Shown here piece by piece: positions 30,108 to 39,431 of a DNA stretch of 64,000 bases. Source of the stretch: Kolteria novifilia. Lineage in GTDB: Bacteria > Planctomycetota > Planctomycetia > Kolteriales > Kolteriaceae. Within the stretch, counting starts at the first letter, position 1, and each line of letters starts with the position of its first letter. The DNA lies in the NCBI RefSeq assembly GCF_007748055.1, contig NZ_CP036279.1; one strand, given 5' to 3'. The position numbers and the translations under genes are program-made. Under the pieces are notes generated by a model. It was not told the origin of the DNA, did not search any database, and was given only the letters and a program-made list of their open reading frames with translations.

Positions 30108-30382
30108 GTTGGGGTGATGGTAGGTCACTACTTCGTGAATCTCCATCCGATACTACTGACGGGTAAGCTCTCGATGGAACCCAAATCTGGGATGTGAAGA
30201 AGGTCGATGACCGATTGGCGGACGAGGAGATGCGTATAAAGACCATTCACTGATTGGGACTGAGTGGAATTGCGATGGATGAGGTGTGGACGCTTTGCCC
30301 TAGCACCGTTTCGATTCCTTGAGGCACACTGAATGGAGTATGTCGCGATGGGTACGACTGGATCGGACTCCACGAACAATTC

Positions 30383-30916
30383 ATGAAACGAAGGCATGAT
30401 GATCGTTTGCATGAACTTGTCGTAGTCCGGGGTCGTCCTCCCGCGCCGGAGTGCTTCGCCGAAACTGGTTCCGCAATATATGGCGGTGAGATCTGTCTCA
30501 TGGCAACACCAAACTCCGTGGATGCGAGACTCTTCTATCGTTGCGCCTTTCATCGCTATGAGGATGCTCAGATCTTGCTGAAGGCAGCCCATACGACCGG
30601 GGCTGTTTACCTTGCGGGTTACGGAGTAGAATGCATCCTAAAATCGCTGATCCTGAAAGAAACGCCACGCGCAAGTCAGAAAGACGTTTTTGGCTCTTTT
30701 CGGGGAGGAAGAGCGCATGACTATGATTGGCTGCGAACTCAATATCGTCAGAATGGAGGGGCGAAGTTTCCGCGAGAGGTTACGGAAGCATTCACTCTCA
30801 TCAACTACTGGTCGACCGACTTGAGATATGTTCCTAGCAACGTGAGAGATAACGACGCCGACGGCTTCCTATCGGCGGCAGGAAAGATCATTGATTGGGC
30901 AAGAGGGAGGCTTTGA
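30383..30916 (+). CDS. HEPN-like domain protein (putative RNase toxin / abortive-infection component); an alternative start is M40 at 30500
   Basis: The helix block AVYLAGYGVECILKSLIL plus RGGRAH (Rx4H) fits a HEPN fold. The gene sits in a visibly lower-GC islet. Confidence 0.5.
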   Translation: MKRRHDDRLHELVVVRGRPPAPECFAETGSAIYGGEICLMATPNSVDARLFYRCAFHRYEDAQILLKAAHTTGAVYLAGYGVECILKSLILKETPRASQKDVFGSFRGGRAHDYDWLRTQYRQNGGAKFPREVTEAFTLINYWSTDLRYVPSNVRDNDADGFLSAAGKIIDWARGRL

Positions 30917-30917
30917 C

Positions 30918-31241
30918 ATGTCCATCAACATTCCAAGGGGACAATCCGACGAAGTGATCGAGAGAATCGTTGAAGCGCTAAAGGATTACGAAAAGAAGCA
31001 CAAGGACGCCGCCGTCGACATCTACCGTCAGAATCCATTCTCTATCCGGGTCAGGATTGTCGACTCGGGATTCGCAGGCATGACGAAAGTCGAACGCAGC
31101 AATATCGTTTGGGAGTACTTAAAATCGGTCACTGATGACGATGTTTCCGATATCAGTACCTTGCTGCTTCTCACTCCCGAAGAGAAAGAAACGTCATTCG
31201 CGAATTTCGAGTTCGATGACCCTGTTCCTTCAAACCTTTGA
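30918..31241 (+). CDS. Small hypothetical protein with acidic C-terminus; possible partner of the HEPN-like gene
   Basis: Its ATG follows the HEPN stop after 1 nt. MSINIPRGQSDEVIERIVEALKDY...; no nucleotidyltransferase (MNT) motif is present. Confidence 0.4.
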   Translation: MSINIPRGQSDEVIERIVEALKDYEKKHKDAAVDIYRQNPFSIRVRIVDSGFAGMTKVERSNIVWEYLKSVTDDDVSDISTLLLLTPEEKETSFANFEFDDPVPSNL

Positions 31242-31447
31242 GGTCCCAGTTCGCCTTGCTCGAGAACGTCGGGTTTCATCGCTCAGGGGGTTGGCGGAAG
31301 TGCGAACGATGACTGGTGGAGTTAGACAGCGTCTGGCAGCACTTGGCGTCATGTCGTCGGTAGGGCTTCGCGACGGAGGGGAAGTTTCGCCATTTTGGAG
31401 TAACGCGTCCGGAAAGCCGGGATTGCTCCCGGCTCTCCGTCTCGCGA

Positions 31448-32554
31448 TTACAGCATATTGACCACTCGGTCGGCAAGTCCCTTGTCGCCAAGGACGACGT
31501 TGAGGTTGCCGCTGCTGGCGACCTTCTCGAGCACTTCCAGCTCGCGCAGCCGCATGAGGGTCGGGTTGTCGACGAGGAGCCGAGCGGTGTTGGCCTGCGA
31601 ACGCATCGCGGCGGTCTCCTCGCGGCGGGCGATCAGGTTCGCCTCGGCCGCCTTCTTCGCCTCGGTCACTCGATTGAGCAGGTGCTTCATGTCGCCCGGA
31701 AGGATCACGTCGCGGATACCGACCGAGACGATCTCCAGACCGAGTTCTCTCGCTCGCTTGGCCACCGACTCGGCGAACTCGCCGGTGACCGCGTCCTTGT
31801 CGGTCAGGAACGCGTCGAGATCGCGTGTCGCGACGATTGCCCGGAGCACGAGCTGGGCGTCGCGGTAGAGCGACTGACGGGCGCCGTCGCTGACGGTCAC
31901 CCCTTGACGAGCATCGATCACCCGGTAGACGACCACGGCGTTCATCCGTAGCGTCACCTTGTCGGCGGTCATGATCTCCTGACCGGTGACGTCAAGCGTC
32001 TGGTCGCGCAGGTCGACCTCGATCACCTTCGAGTCGGCGACTCCCTTCCAGAAGGCGTAGGTGCCCGGTGGCAAGGTTTCGACGTACTTGCCGTCGAGGA
32101 ACGACACGCCCGCCGCGTAGCGGTTGACGGTGCGGACCTCAAGGACCTGTCCGGAGTAGGGACTGCGGACGATGACCCTGAAATCGTCGTGCTCGAAGCG
32201 CGGCTTGCGGGCATCGACCACCTCGACGCGTACTTCCTTGAAACCCTTCCAGTAGGCGTAGAGGCCCGGCGGCAGGACATGGCTGAAGCGGCCATCGATC
32301 CATACCAGACCGCGCTCGTTGTCCTTCAGGTCGACGACATCGGCCTGGCCCTCGAGCGCTCCGCTCTTGACGATCAGATCGAGTTGCTCGTGACGCAGCC
32401 ACGGGGCTCGCCGCGAGACGACCTCGACGCGAATCTTCCAAGTGGGACCGGGCACCCAGTGGCGGCCGGCGGTCAACAGACCCTGGAACTCACCATCGCG
32501 GAAGGAGAGGCCGACCTCGTCCTTTCGAATCAACACTCGCTTGAACAGTACCAT
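31448..32554 (-). CDS. SPFH / band-7 (stomatin-prohibitin-flotillin) domain protein with duplicated N-terminal beta-domains
   Basis: 368 aa. The C-terminal SPFH-like region is ADKVTLRMNAVVVYRVIDARQ ... EAKKAAEANLIARREETAAMRSQA. Confidence 0.8.
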   Translation of the reverse strand: MVLFKRVLIRKDEVGLSFRDGEFQGLLTAGRHWVPGPTWKIRVEVVSRRAPWLRHEQLDLIVKSGALEGQADVVDLKDNERGLVWIDGRFSHVLPPGLYAYWKGFKEVRVEVVDARKPRFEHDDFRVIVRSPYSGQVLEVRTVNRYAAGVSFLDGKYVETLPPGTYAFWKGVADSKVIEVDLRDQTLDVTGQEIMTADKVTLRMNAVVVYRVIDARQGVTVSDGARQSLYRDAQLVLRAIVATRDLDAFLTDKDAVTGEFAESVAKRARELGLEIVSVGIRDVILPGDMKHLLNRVTEAKKAAEANLIARREETAAMRSQANTARLLVDNPTLMRLRELEVLEKVASSGNLNVVLGDKGLADRVVNML

Positions 32555-33001
32555 CGGTCACCCTCCTTTCACTTGGGGGATATCAGGACTCGGTGCCACA
32601 GTTGCTCGCCGTGGCGATCTCTCGTTCCATGTTTCCCAACGCGGCCAAGAGACGCCCTCGGGCAGCGAGACGAGTCACGCGATCACGTGGCAAAGTCGCG
32701 GGGGCCGCTTGAGCCGCGAGAAGCGCGCCACCATCCGACCGGTTCCCGCGGCGAGGCGTCAGGGGCGTGCCCCCGGCGCGACCACCGAGTTTCTCGACCA
32801 TCGAGTGTCGCGCGTCCGGCGGCGGTATCGACGGACCGCAGGGCGCTCGTCCACGCTGCCGGTTCGCGGACCCTTCGCTCGGTTCGGGCCGAAGCCGTCG
32901 CGTTGCTGGGGGCCGCTCGCGGCCGATCACGTGCTTGTTCGCTGCCGTCGGGCTCTTGGAGACGGGTGCATGCGCACCCACACAGGTTAGGAGCCTGTGC
33001 C

Positions 33002-33075
33002 CATGTGGTACGGGACTCGAACCCGCAACCATCAGGCCATGGGCCTGACGCGCTTACCAGTTGAGCCAACCATCA
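33002..33075 (-). pseudogene. Degenerate tRNA-like element (anticodon-like CAT); the acceptor stem does not pair
   Basis: D-arm GCTC-AACTGGTAA-GCGC. Anticodon arm TCAGG-CCCATGG-CCTGA. T-arm GCGGG-TTCGAGT-CCCGT. Only 4 of 7 acceptor pairs form, and position 33 is C. Confidence 0.3.
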
Positions 33076-33387
33076 AGGCGGCATGAGCGTCACTCGCCTT
33101 CGAAACCATTCGCGGAACGGGCCAAGCCAATCAGTCGCCTGAGGCCGGGCACGCCGCTGGTGACATGGGAGCGACATTCCATCACTCCCAGCGACGCCGG
33201 AACATGCATTCCTAAAATTTCAGCAACGGAGGAGTCCCACGCCGCTTGCCCGGGCCCGACCGGCGCTCGGTGAAGCCAAGCCCGGGGCAAGCGGGGGACA
33301 TGAACGCTTCCAGACCGTTGGATCAACCGATCTGGTCCGCCATCGGTTCTCCCTTCGCGCAGTTGTTTCACCTGTCTGCTCAATGAG

Positions 33388-33460
33388 TGGACCGGGAGGG
33401 AATCGAACCCACCACACCGACGTTGCGAAAGTCGGTCGCCCCCTTGGCACATGCCAGCCC
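33388..33460 (-). ncRNA. tRNA-Ala-like element (G3:U70, discriminator A, anticodon-like CGC) with a non-canonical D region
   Basis: Acceptor GGGCUGG/CCGGUCC with G3:U70. Anticodon arm CCGACU-UUCGCAA-CGUCGG. T-arm GUGGG-UUCGAUU-CCCUC with one mismatch. The 3' end resembles tmRNA/tRNA-Ala ends. Confidence 0.35.
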
Positions 33461-34016
33461 ATTCGTCGAGAGAACGTGGTTCGGTTCATCGCCGAACCGG
33501 TGCCCGAGACGAGCGCACGAAAAAGCCCGACATCATCGTGACGCCGGGCATGGGGGATCGTGAGTGTCGCCCACTCGTCACCACCTGCCCGGGAGCGTCG
33601 CGAATCCCTGCTGAAGGAATGCGTCGCGCCGCCTCGTCGGAAAGATTCGCGGTTGTAGCTCGTTGGCAGCCAACATGGTCACCCCTCCGTCACGTTCACT
33701 CGACGATGCTAGAGACTCGTTTGGAAAGGGTGCGGTTCGCCGGTTTCTCGGAATTCCAAGCGTTTTTGTGGTGAGAATCAGCGGGGGTGGCATCGGGAGT
33801 CGACGCCATCTCCTCTTGAAATCGGTATCGTCAGTAGAGGGGCTTCGCGGGGTTCGTGGGCCTGACGCGAATGACGCGAGCGGCGACGCGAAGGAATGGG
33901 ACGTTCGTGGCGCGGAGTGAGAAGGGACGAGTGCCCATCGGCGAGTTGACGATCTTTTCGCTTGGGGAAGACCGTGGGCTTGGTTGGGACGAGGGATCAA
34001 ACGAGAACGCGACTCG

Positions 34017-36278
34017 ATGATTGGATTCGATGAACTCTTTCTGACGTACGTGGCTGCCACGGAGAGGGAGGTCTGGGGCGACATCCTGGGAGCGATTCAA
34101 CGTCTTCCGACGCCGACACCCGGCGAAGGCTCCGTGCGGCAGGCATTGGTCAACTTCGGGGTTCTCACCGCGGAGCGGCTCGGGAAGCTCGAGGAACAGC
34201 TCGGCGCCATGCTCGACGAGATCGACTGGAACCCGAAGACGGCCTTGAGAACGCTCCGCGAACGGCTCGAACCGGGCGACCGGCGTATCCTTCAGCGCTG
34301 GTTTCCCGAGACGAGTTCGCTGGAAGAGGTTCCCGAGCATCGCACCCAGTTCGTCATGGACAGTTTGTACGCGCGGGGCGGACTGGGGGAGGTTTGGCGG
34401 GTTCGCGAGTCGGGAACGGGCCGTATGGTGCTTCTCAAGCGCATGCGTCAGGAACTAGTTTCCGACCCGATTCTCGTGAAACGCTTTCTTCGGGAAGCAC
34501 GCATGACCGCGAGGCTCGAGCATCCGAGCGTCGTTCCCGTCTATCACGTTCCCGACGAGGCGACCGACGAAGGTCCGTTCTACGTCATGCAGCACCTTCA
34601 CGGCCGGACCCTCGAGGCGAGCATCGCCCAACTTCACGTCTCGGAAATGTCCGGTTCCGATCGACGCGTGATGTTGCGCGACCTGTTGCGCCGTTTCCTA
34701 AGTGTCTGTGAAGCGGTCGCCTTCGCCAACTCCCAGGGAATCGTCCATCGCGATATCAAACCCGAGAACATTATCTGCGGCGAGTTCGGCAGCACCTACT
34801 TGATCGACTGGGGATTGATCAAACTGGTCGAGCGCGGGGAGGAGACGGCCGCGTTGCCCTCGCCCTCGCCCATGGTGAAGGGGGCGACCGTCGCGGGCGA
34901 ACGGGTCGGGACGCCCGAATGGATGGCGCCCGAGCAAGCCAGTGGAGGAGATGTCGACATTCGCACCGACGTCTACGGGTTGGGAGCGACCCTCTTCACC
35001 ATCCTGACGGGGGGGCCTCCTCATCAAACGGCGCCGATTCTGGTGGCGACTTATCGCCGGATCGTGGACGAACCGACCCCGCGCCCCCAGGACCGCAAGA
35101 GCTCCGTCTCGCCGACGCTCGACGCGATCTGCGCCAAGGCAATGGCCAAGAGGCCGGAGGATCGTTATCCGTCGGTCAAGGAGATGGTCCGCGACTTGGA
35201 ACGTTGGGAGGTCGGTGAGCCGGTTTCATGTCACAAGGAGAGCCTGAGTCGGCGACTTGCCCGAGGGCTGATGAATCGTCCCTCGCGCTCAATCGTGCTC
35301 GGAGGCGTGATCCTCATCTCGATGTGTTGCACGCTATTGATCGCGGCGGCTTGGAGCGTCAGCTCGTCGCTGACCAAGAAGATGACGCGGAAGCTCATGG
35401 ACGAGAAGTCGAACTCGATCGCCGCGATCTTGGACAGTGAGTTCCAGCGGGTGCGGGTCGATGTGCTGTTTCTCTCCCGTCTTGGGGATACCGTCGCCGC
35501 GTTGAGCGATCCCGAGGGAGTGAGTGGCTCGGAGGACGATCTGTCGTATTTGAAGGCCTTCCTGCAGATGCGGCCTTCCTTCGAGAAGGTTCGCATCCTC
35601 TTTCCGCCCGGTGTCTCCAAGAGCTATCTCGAAGTGAAACGCGTTGGCCACGAGAAGTTCGAGGTGAAGCGTCGCGGCGATCCGATGGAGATGCTCACGC
35701 GTATCGCGGAACTTCGGGATTCGGAAGCGAACGAGGTCGTTCTCTTGAGTCGACTCGAGGAACCTGGGGCCGGCCACCACCTGCAATCGCAAGTCGTTCT
35801 CGGAACCAAGGTCACCGAAGACAAGAGAGTGATCGGCTATCTCTTGGTCAACGTTTCGCTACCGCCACTATTCGACCACGCCGTCGGCCAGCACCAGTTC
35901 GCGAGCATCGGGTTTGTCAACTCGGTCGGTGAGCAACTTTGGTGGAGTCCCGCTTCCAGTGAAGCCGACGACCAACCGAGTTGGCACGACGTCGACACCT
36001 TGGTCGGCCCGGCGGCGTTCGCCAAGGACCATGCGCCGGGAATGTTGATCGAGGACGATGGGCTGCACGTCACGGGTGTCCGCTTCCTCGACGCGACGCT
36101 CGGGAAGAACACCGCCAAACTGGCGGTCGTCATCTCGGCCAACCTCTGGGACCTCCCGCATGGCCCGCGAGAGTTCGTTCTGACGTTGCTCTACTACACC
36201 GTGGCGATCATCGTGCCAATCATCCTCGTGGGGGCGTTTCTGCGGCTCCTTCTCGTCCAGGTCGCGTTGGATGACTGA
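34017..36278 (+). CDS. Ser/Thr protein kinase with a TM-anchored C-terminal sensor region
   Basis: Start MIGFDELFL, an N-terminus conserved with its paralog. Kinase motifs VHRDIKPENI, DWGL and GTPEWMAPEQ. TM helices VLGGVILISMCCTLLIAAAW and the C-terminal VAIIVPIILVGAFLRLLLV. Confidence 0.85.
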   Translation: MIGFDELFLTYVAATEREVWGDILGAIQRLPTPTPGEGSVRQALVNFGVLTAERLGKLEEQLGAMLDEIDWNPKTALRTLRERLEPGDRRILQRWFPETSSLEEVPEHRTQFVMDSLYARGGLGEVWRVRESGTGRMVLLKRMRQELVSDPILVKRFLREARMTARLEHPSVVPVYHVPDEATDEGPFYVMQHLHGRTLEASIAQLHVSEMSGSDRRVMLRDLLRRFLSVCEAVAFANSQGIVHRDIKPENIICGEFGSTYLIDWGLIKLVERGEETAALPSPSPMVKGATVAGERVGTPEWMAPEQASGGDVDIRTDVYGLGATLFTILTGGPPHQTAPILVATYRRIVDEPTPRPQDRKSSVSPTLDAICAKAMAKRPEDRYPSVKEMVRDLERWEVGEPVSCHKESLSRRLARGLMNRPSRSIVLGGVILISMCCTLLIAAAWSVSSSLTKKMTRKLMDEKSNSIAAILDSEFQRVRVDVLFLSRLGDTVAALSDPEGVSGSEDDLSYLKAFLQMRPSFEKVRILFPPGVSKSYLEVKRVGHEKFEVKRRGDPMEMLTRIAELRDSEANEVVLLSRLEEPGAGHHLQSQVVLGTKVTEDKRVIGYLLVNVSLPPLFDHAVGQHQFASIGFVNSVGEQLWWSPASSEADDQPSWHDVDTLVGPAAFAKDHAPGMLIEDDGLHVTGVRFLDATLGKNTAKLAVVISANLWDLPHGPREFVLTLLYYTVAIIVPIILVGAFLRLLLVQVALDD

Positions 36279-36460
36279 CCGGAGACGGAAAACGCACGTC
36301 AATCCGAGCCCGGCGCCGCCGTACAAGGAGTGGGAGCACCTGGTCCGCCCCCGCGCGGAAACCGGCACTTGGCAGGCTCGCCTCGAGGGAACTGCGGCAG
36401 CGATCGTCGGATCAAGTTAGGGACCGGGCACGGATGGACTATTCTTGGGGCATCTGACTT

Positions 36461-36530
36461 GAGAGCCAACGGACTCGAGAGCCAACGGACTCGAGAGCCA
36501 ACGGACTCGAGAGCCAACGGACTCGAGAGC
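36461..36530. repeat. 16-bp tandem repeat gagagccaacggactc x4.4; each junction makes a CTCGAG (XhoI-type) site
   Basis: Perfect copies at 36461, 36477, 36493 and 36509, located 48 bp upstream of the second kinase start. Confidence 0.85.
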
Positions 36531-36577
36531 GCAAGCCGTCGATGGCGTCGGCCGACATTCGGGGGGGGCGAACGCGC

Positions 36578-38827
36578 ATGATCGACTACGACGAGCTGTT
36601 CCTCCTGCTCCTTCTGGCCGAGCACCCCCACAAGATCGCGGGCGCTCGTCGGCTAGCGAGCATGGAAAGCAGTGACGCGACCGACGCGACGCTGCGCCAA
36701 CGGCTCCTGGAGCTTGGCGTCGTCTCGTCGATCGAGTACGAGCGACTCGAGGCACGGCTGACGGCACTCCTTCGGGAGAGCTGTTGGAACGCGAACGCCG
36801 TTCGCGACACGCTGCTGTCATCAGCATCTCTCGATTCTCTGGACGTGATCCGACGCTACTTTCCGATGTTCTCGACCACGCGCGGTTCCGTCAGCGGGAC
36901 GAATTTCCTCAATGAGGGCGTCTTCGCGCGGGGTGGTTTGGGCGAGTTGCTGCGCGTTCGCGAACCCGGCACTGGGCGGGAAGTCCTTCTCAAACGGGTT
37001 CAGCCCGGACTCGGCGACGAAGCCCAGATCCACTCGCGCTTCGAACGCGAGGCCCACGTGACAGCTCAACTCGAGCATCCCAACATCGTCCCGGTCTACT
37101 ACGTGCCGGCGCCGGACGAAGACTCGACGCCGTTCTACATCATGCGACTGCTGCAAGGACACACGCTCGCCGAGGAGATTCGCGACTTCCACGCTCAAGC
37201 ACCGGTGGGCGAAGAGAAGAACCAGAAGATCCAGCAACTGCTTCGTCGTCTCCTTCGGGTCTGCGACGCGGCGGCCTTCGCTCACGACCGTGGGGTGATT
37301 CATCGCGATATCAAGCCATCCAATATTATCTGCGAGGACTTCGGCAGCACCTACTTGATCGATTGGGGGCTCGTGAGGCTGATCGATGCCAAGGAGGAGT
37401 TCGGCGTCCGGTCGAATCTCCTTTCGCGCACTCGCGTCGATTCGGGCACGAAGTGCGTGGGCACCCCCGGTTGGATGTCGCCGGAGCAAGCGACCGGGAA
37501 CGTCGTCGACGAGCGGAGCGACATCTACGCGATCGGCGCCGTTCTCTTCGCGATCCTCACCGGCGACGTTCCTCATCGAGATGCGGACGCCTCACCCAAC
37601 CGGCAGGCGAGCGCCGAGTGGCCGGACGCTCGGGTTCGCGAGCAGTTCGGCCGGGTTTCCAGAACGCTCGGGGCGATTGCCTGCAAAGCGATGGCTTTCG
37701 ATCGTGCCGAACGCTATGCCAACGTCTCCGCGCTTGCCGACGATCTTGACAGATGGACGACGGGGCGTCCCGTCTCCTGCTACCGCGAGCCTTGGATGCG
37801 GAGAATGGCACGCCGCATTGTCACTCATCCCTCGCGTTCGATCTATCTCGGCGGCGCGCTGGTCGTCCTATTTTGCTGCGCGGCCCTCGTCGGTTCCGCT
37901 TGGTGGACCAACAAACGGATCGTGAAACATGCCGCCATCGCCATCACCGAAGACAAGGTCGACTCGATCGCAAGCAGTCTCGAGTACGCCCTGAATCGGG
38001 CAAAGAATGGCGTCCGCCTGCTTGGCCGGTTGCGAGAGACGCTCGATTTGGTCGAGGAAAGGGACGCGACGAAGATCCGAACGATGACGTCGAACGGACT
38101 CGGCACCTTTCTGGCGGAGCGTCCGGAGATGGGAATGATCGCGTTCGCCAACGCGGCGTTCGACGGGAGCATCGTGGAGCTTCGCCGTGGGAATGAGGGT
38201 GGTGGCGTCTTCATCAAGGCGACGACGGAACTTGTCCACGCGGATCAAGTGAGAAGGCATCTCGTGAGGATGGAGGAAGGGACGGTCGCGATGTTTCCGC
38301 GAGAGGCAGGCAAGGACCTCCCCGCGAAGTTCGGATCCGAGATCTTCCTCGGCACCAAGGTCGTCGAAGGGGAAACCTTGCGCGGCTACGTCTGGGTGAC
38401 ACTCGATCTTCGCGAACTCATACTTCACTCGTTGGGCACGATGCTCTACGCCGACGCGTTGATCACCAATTCCGACGGGGAGACGATCTTCTGGCGACCC
38501 GGTAGCATCCGGCGGCGTCAAGAGAGAGTTCCTCCCGAGTTGCCGTCCAGCATCACCTCCTTTCTGCGCGATCGAAGTGACCACACGCGCGGCAAGGTCT
38601 TTCGAGGGTCGGGACGGGTCATCGTGGCGCAGCGTTTTCCCATCGTCTTCGAGGATGCCGGCGAACATCTGGGAGTGGTCCTTTCCCTCAACATGGAAAT
38701 GGCTCCCTTCGGGGAGGAGGCGTTCGCGTGGAGAATGATCGCCGCGGTGATCGCGATCCTCGTACCGATCATCGTCGCGTCGATCTTGATGCGGATGGTC
38801 CTCGTGCAACTCGGGCGGCCGGACTGA
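36578..38827 (+). CDS. Ser/Thr protein kinase, paralog of 34017..36278
   Basis: Start MIDYDELFLLLL. Kinase motifs IHRDIKPSNI, DWGL and GTPGWMSPEQ. It has the same TM-sensor-TM architecture. Confidence 0.85.
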   Translation: MIDYDELFLLLLLAEHPHKIAGARRLASMESSDATDATLRQRLLELGVVSSIEYERLEARLTALLRESCWNANAVRDTLLSSASLDSLDVIRRYFPMFSTTRGSVSGTNFLNEGVFARGGLGELLRVREPGTGREVLLKRVQPGLGDEAQIHSRFEREAHVTAQLEHPNIVPVYYVPAPDEDSTPFYIMRLLQGHTLAEEIRDFHAQAPVGEEKNQKIQQLLRRLLRVCDAAAFAHDRGVIHRDIKPSNIICEDFGSTYLIDWGLVRLIDAKEEFGVRSNLLSRTRVDSGTKCVGTPGWMSPEQATGNVVDERSDIYAIGAVLFAILTGDVPHRDADASPNRQASAEWPDARVREQFGRVSRTLGAIACKAMAFDRAERYANVSALADDLDRWTTGRPVSCYREPWMRRMARRIVTHPSRSIYLGGALVVLFCCAALVGSAWWTNKRIVKHAAIAITEDKVDSIASSLEYALNRAKNGVRLLGRLRETLDLVEERDATKIRTMTSNGLGTFLAERPEMGMIAFANAAFDGSIVELRRGNEGGGVFIKATTELVHADQVRRHLVRMEEGTVAMFPREAGKDLPAKFGSEIFLGTKVVEGETLRGYVWVTLDLRELILHSLGTMLYADALITNSDGETIFWRPGSIRRRQERVPPELPSSITSFLRDRSDHTRGKVFRGSGRVIVAQRFPIVFEDAGEHLGVVLSLNMEMAPFGEEAFAWRMIAAVIAILVPIIVASILMRMVLVQLGRPD

Positions 38828-38942
38828 CGGTCGGGGAAGCTTGCGGGGCGAAGGCGTGTCGGAGGGAGGAACTCGCGAAAGGGGCTCGCTTCGGGAGACT
38901 GACGTCGTGAGGCCTCCCGAAGCCCGTCGGTCGAGCGAATGC

Positions 38943-39248
38943 TCAGTGACCGTGGCGATGACCGGGCAGGGGAAAGGGTTGGATCTTGATCGGCTGGTGG
39001 TGCCGTTGATGGTGATGGTGAATCTTCCGCGGAAAGCCGTAGCGAACGACGGGATAGCCGTAGTAGCCGCGGGGAACATAGGGTCGCACGAAGTAGTTGT
39101 ATCGTGGGTAGTGGCGATAACCGGACTTCGAACCGATGACGTTGACGCCGACGCCCGCTTGCGCGGGAGCCGACCAGACCAGGCACGAGGCCACCACGAG
39201 GGCCAAGGTGGCGAAACTCAATCCGACCTTCTTGCCGAGACGACGCAT
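38943..39248 (-). CDS. Small secreted Tyr/Arg/Pro/His-rich protein
   Basis: Start at M3 (MRRLGKKVGLSFATLALVVASCLVWSAPAQA, a signal peptide), with AAGGAG 8 nt upstream. His-rich tail HHHHQRHHQ...HRHGH. Confidence 0.55.
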   Translation of the reverse strand: MRRLGKKVGLSFATLALVVASCLVWSAPAQAGVGVNVIGSKSGYRHYPRYNYFVRPYVPRGYYGYPVVRYGFPRKIHHHHQRHHQPIKIQPFPLPGHRHGH

Positions 39249-39431
39249 GCTCACAACTCCTTCTGGTGCTCGACGCCTCGGGACTCGATCCGGGCGAACA
39301 GGCTCTTGCGTTTTGAATGACTCCCTGTGTCATTCCTCTGCAAGTACATGGTGAGAATGGCCGAGAGAAGGACAGCGAAAACCTCGCTGGCATGGACGTG
39401 GAGACAGGGGGAAGATTGAGAGAACACCCTC

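Noticed and set aside
32189-33064. 291-aa + ORF spanning the non-coding region
   Set aside because: Its first third is antisense to the SPFH gene and the rest is Arg/Pro/Ser-rich junk over the tRNA-like element; no domain.
33002-33075. Functional tRNA-Met/Ile (CAT)
   Set aside because: The acceptor stem pairs at only 4 of 7 positions, position 33 is C, and the D-stem has a mismatch; I call it a tRNA-like remnant rather than a functional tRNA.
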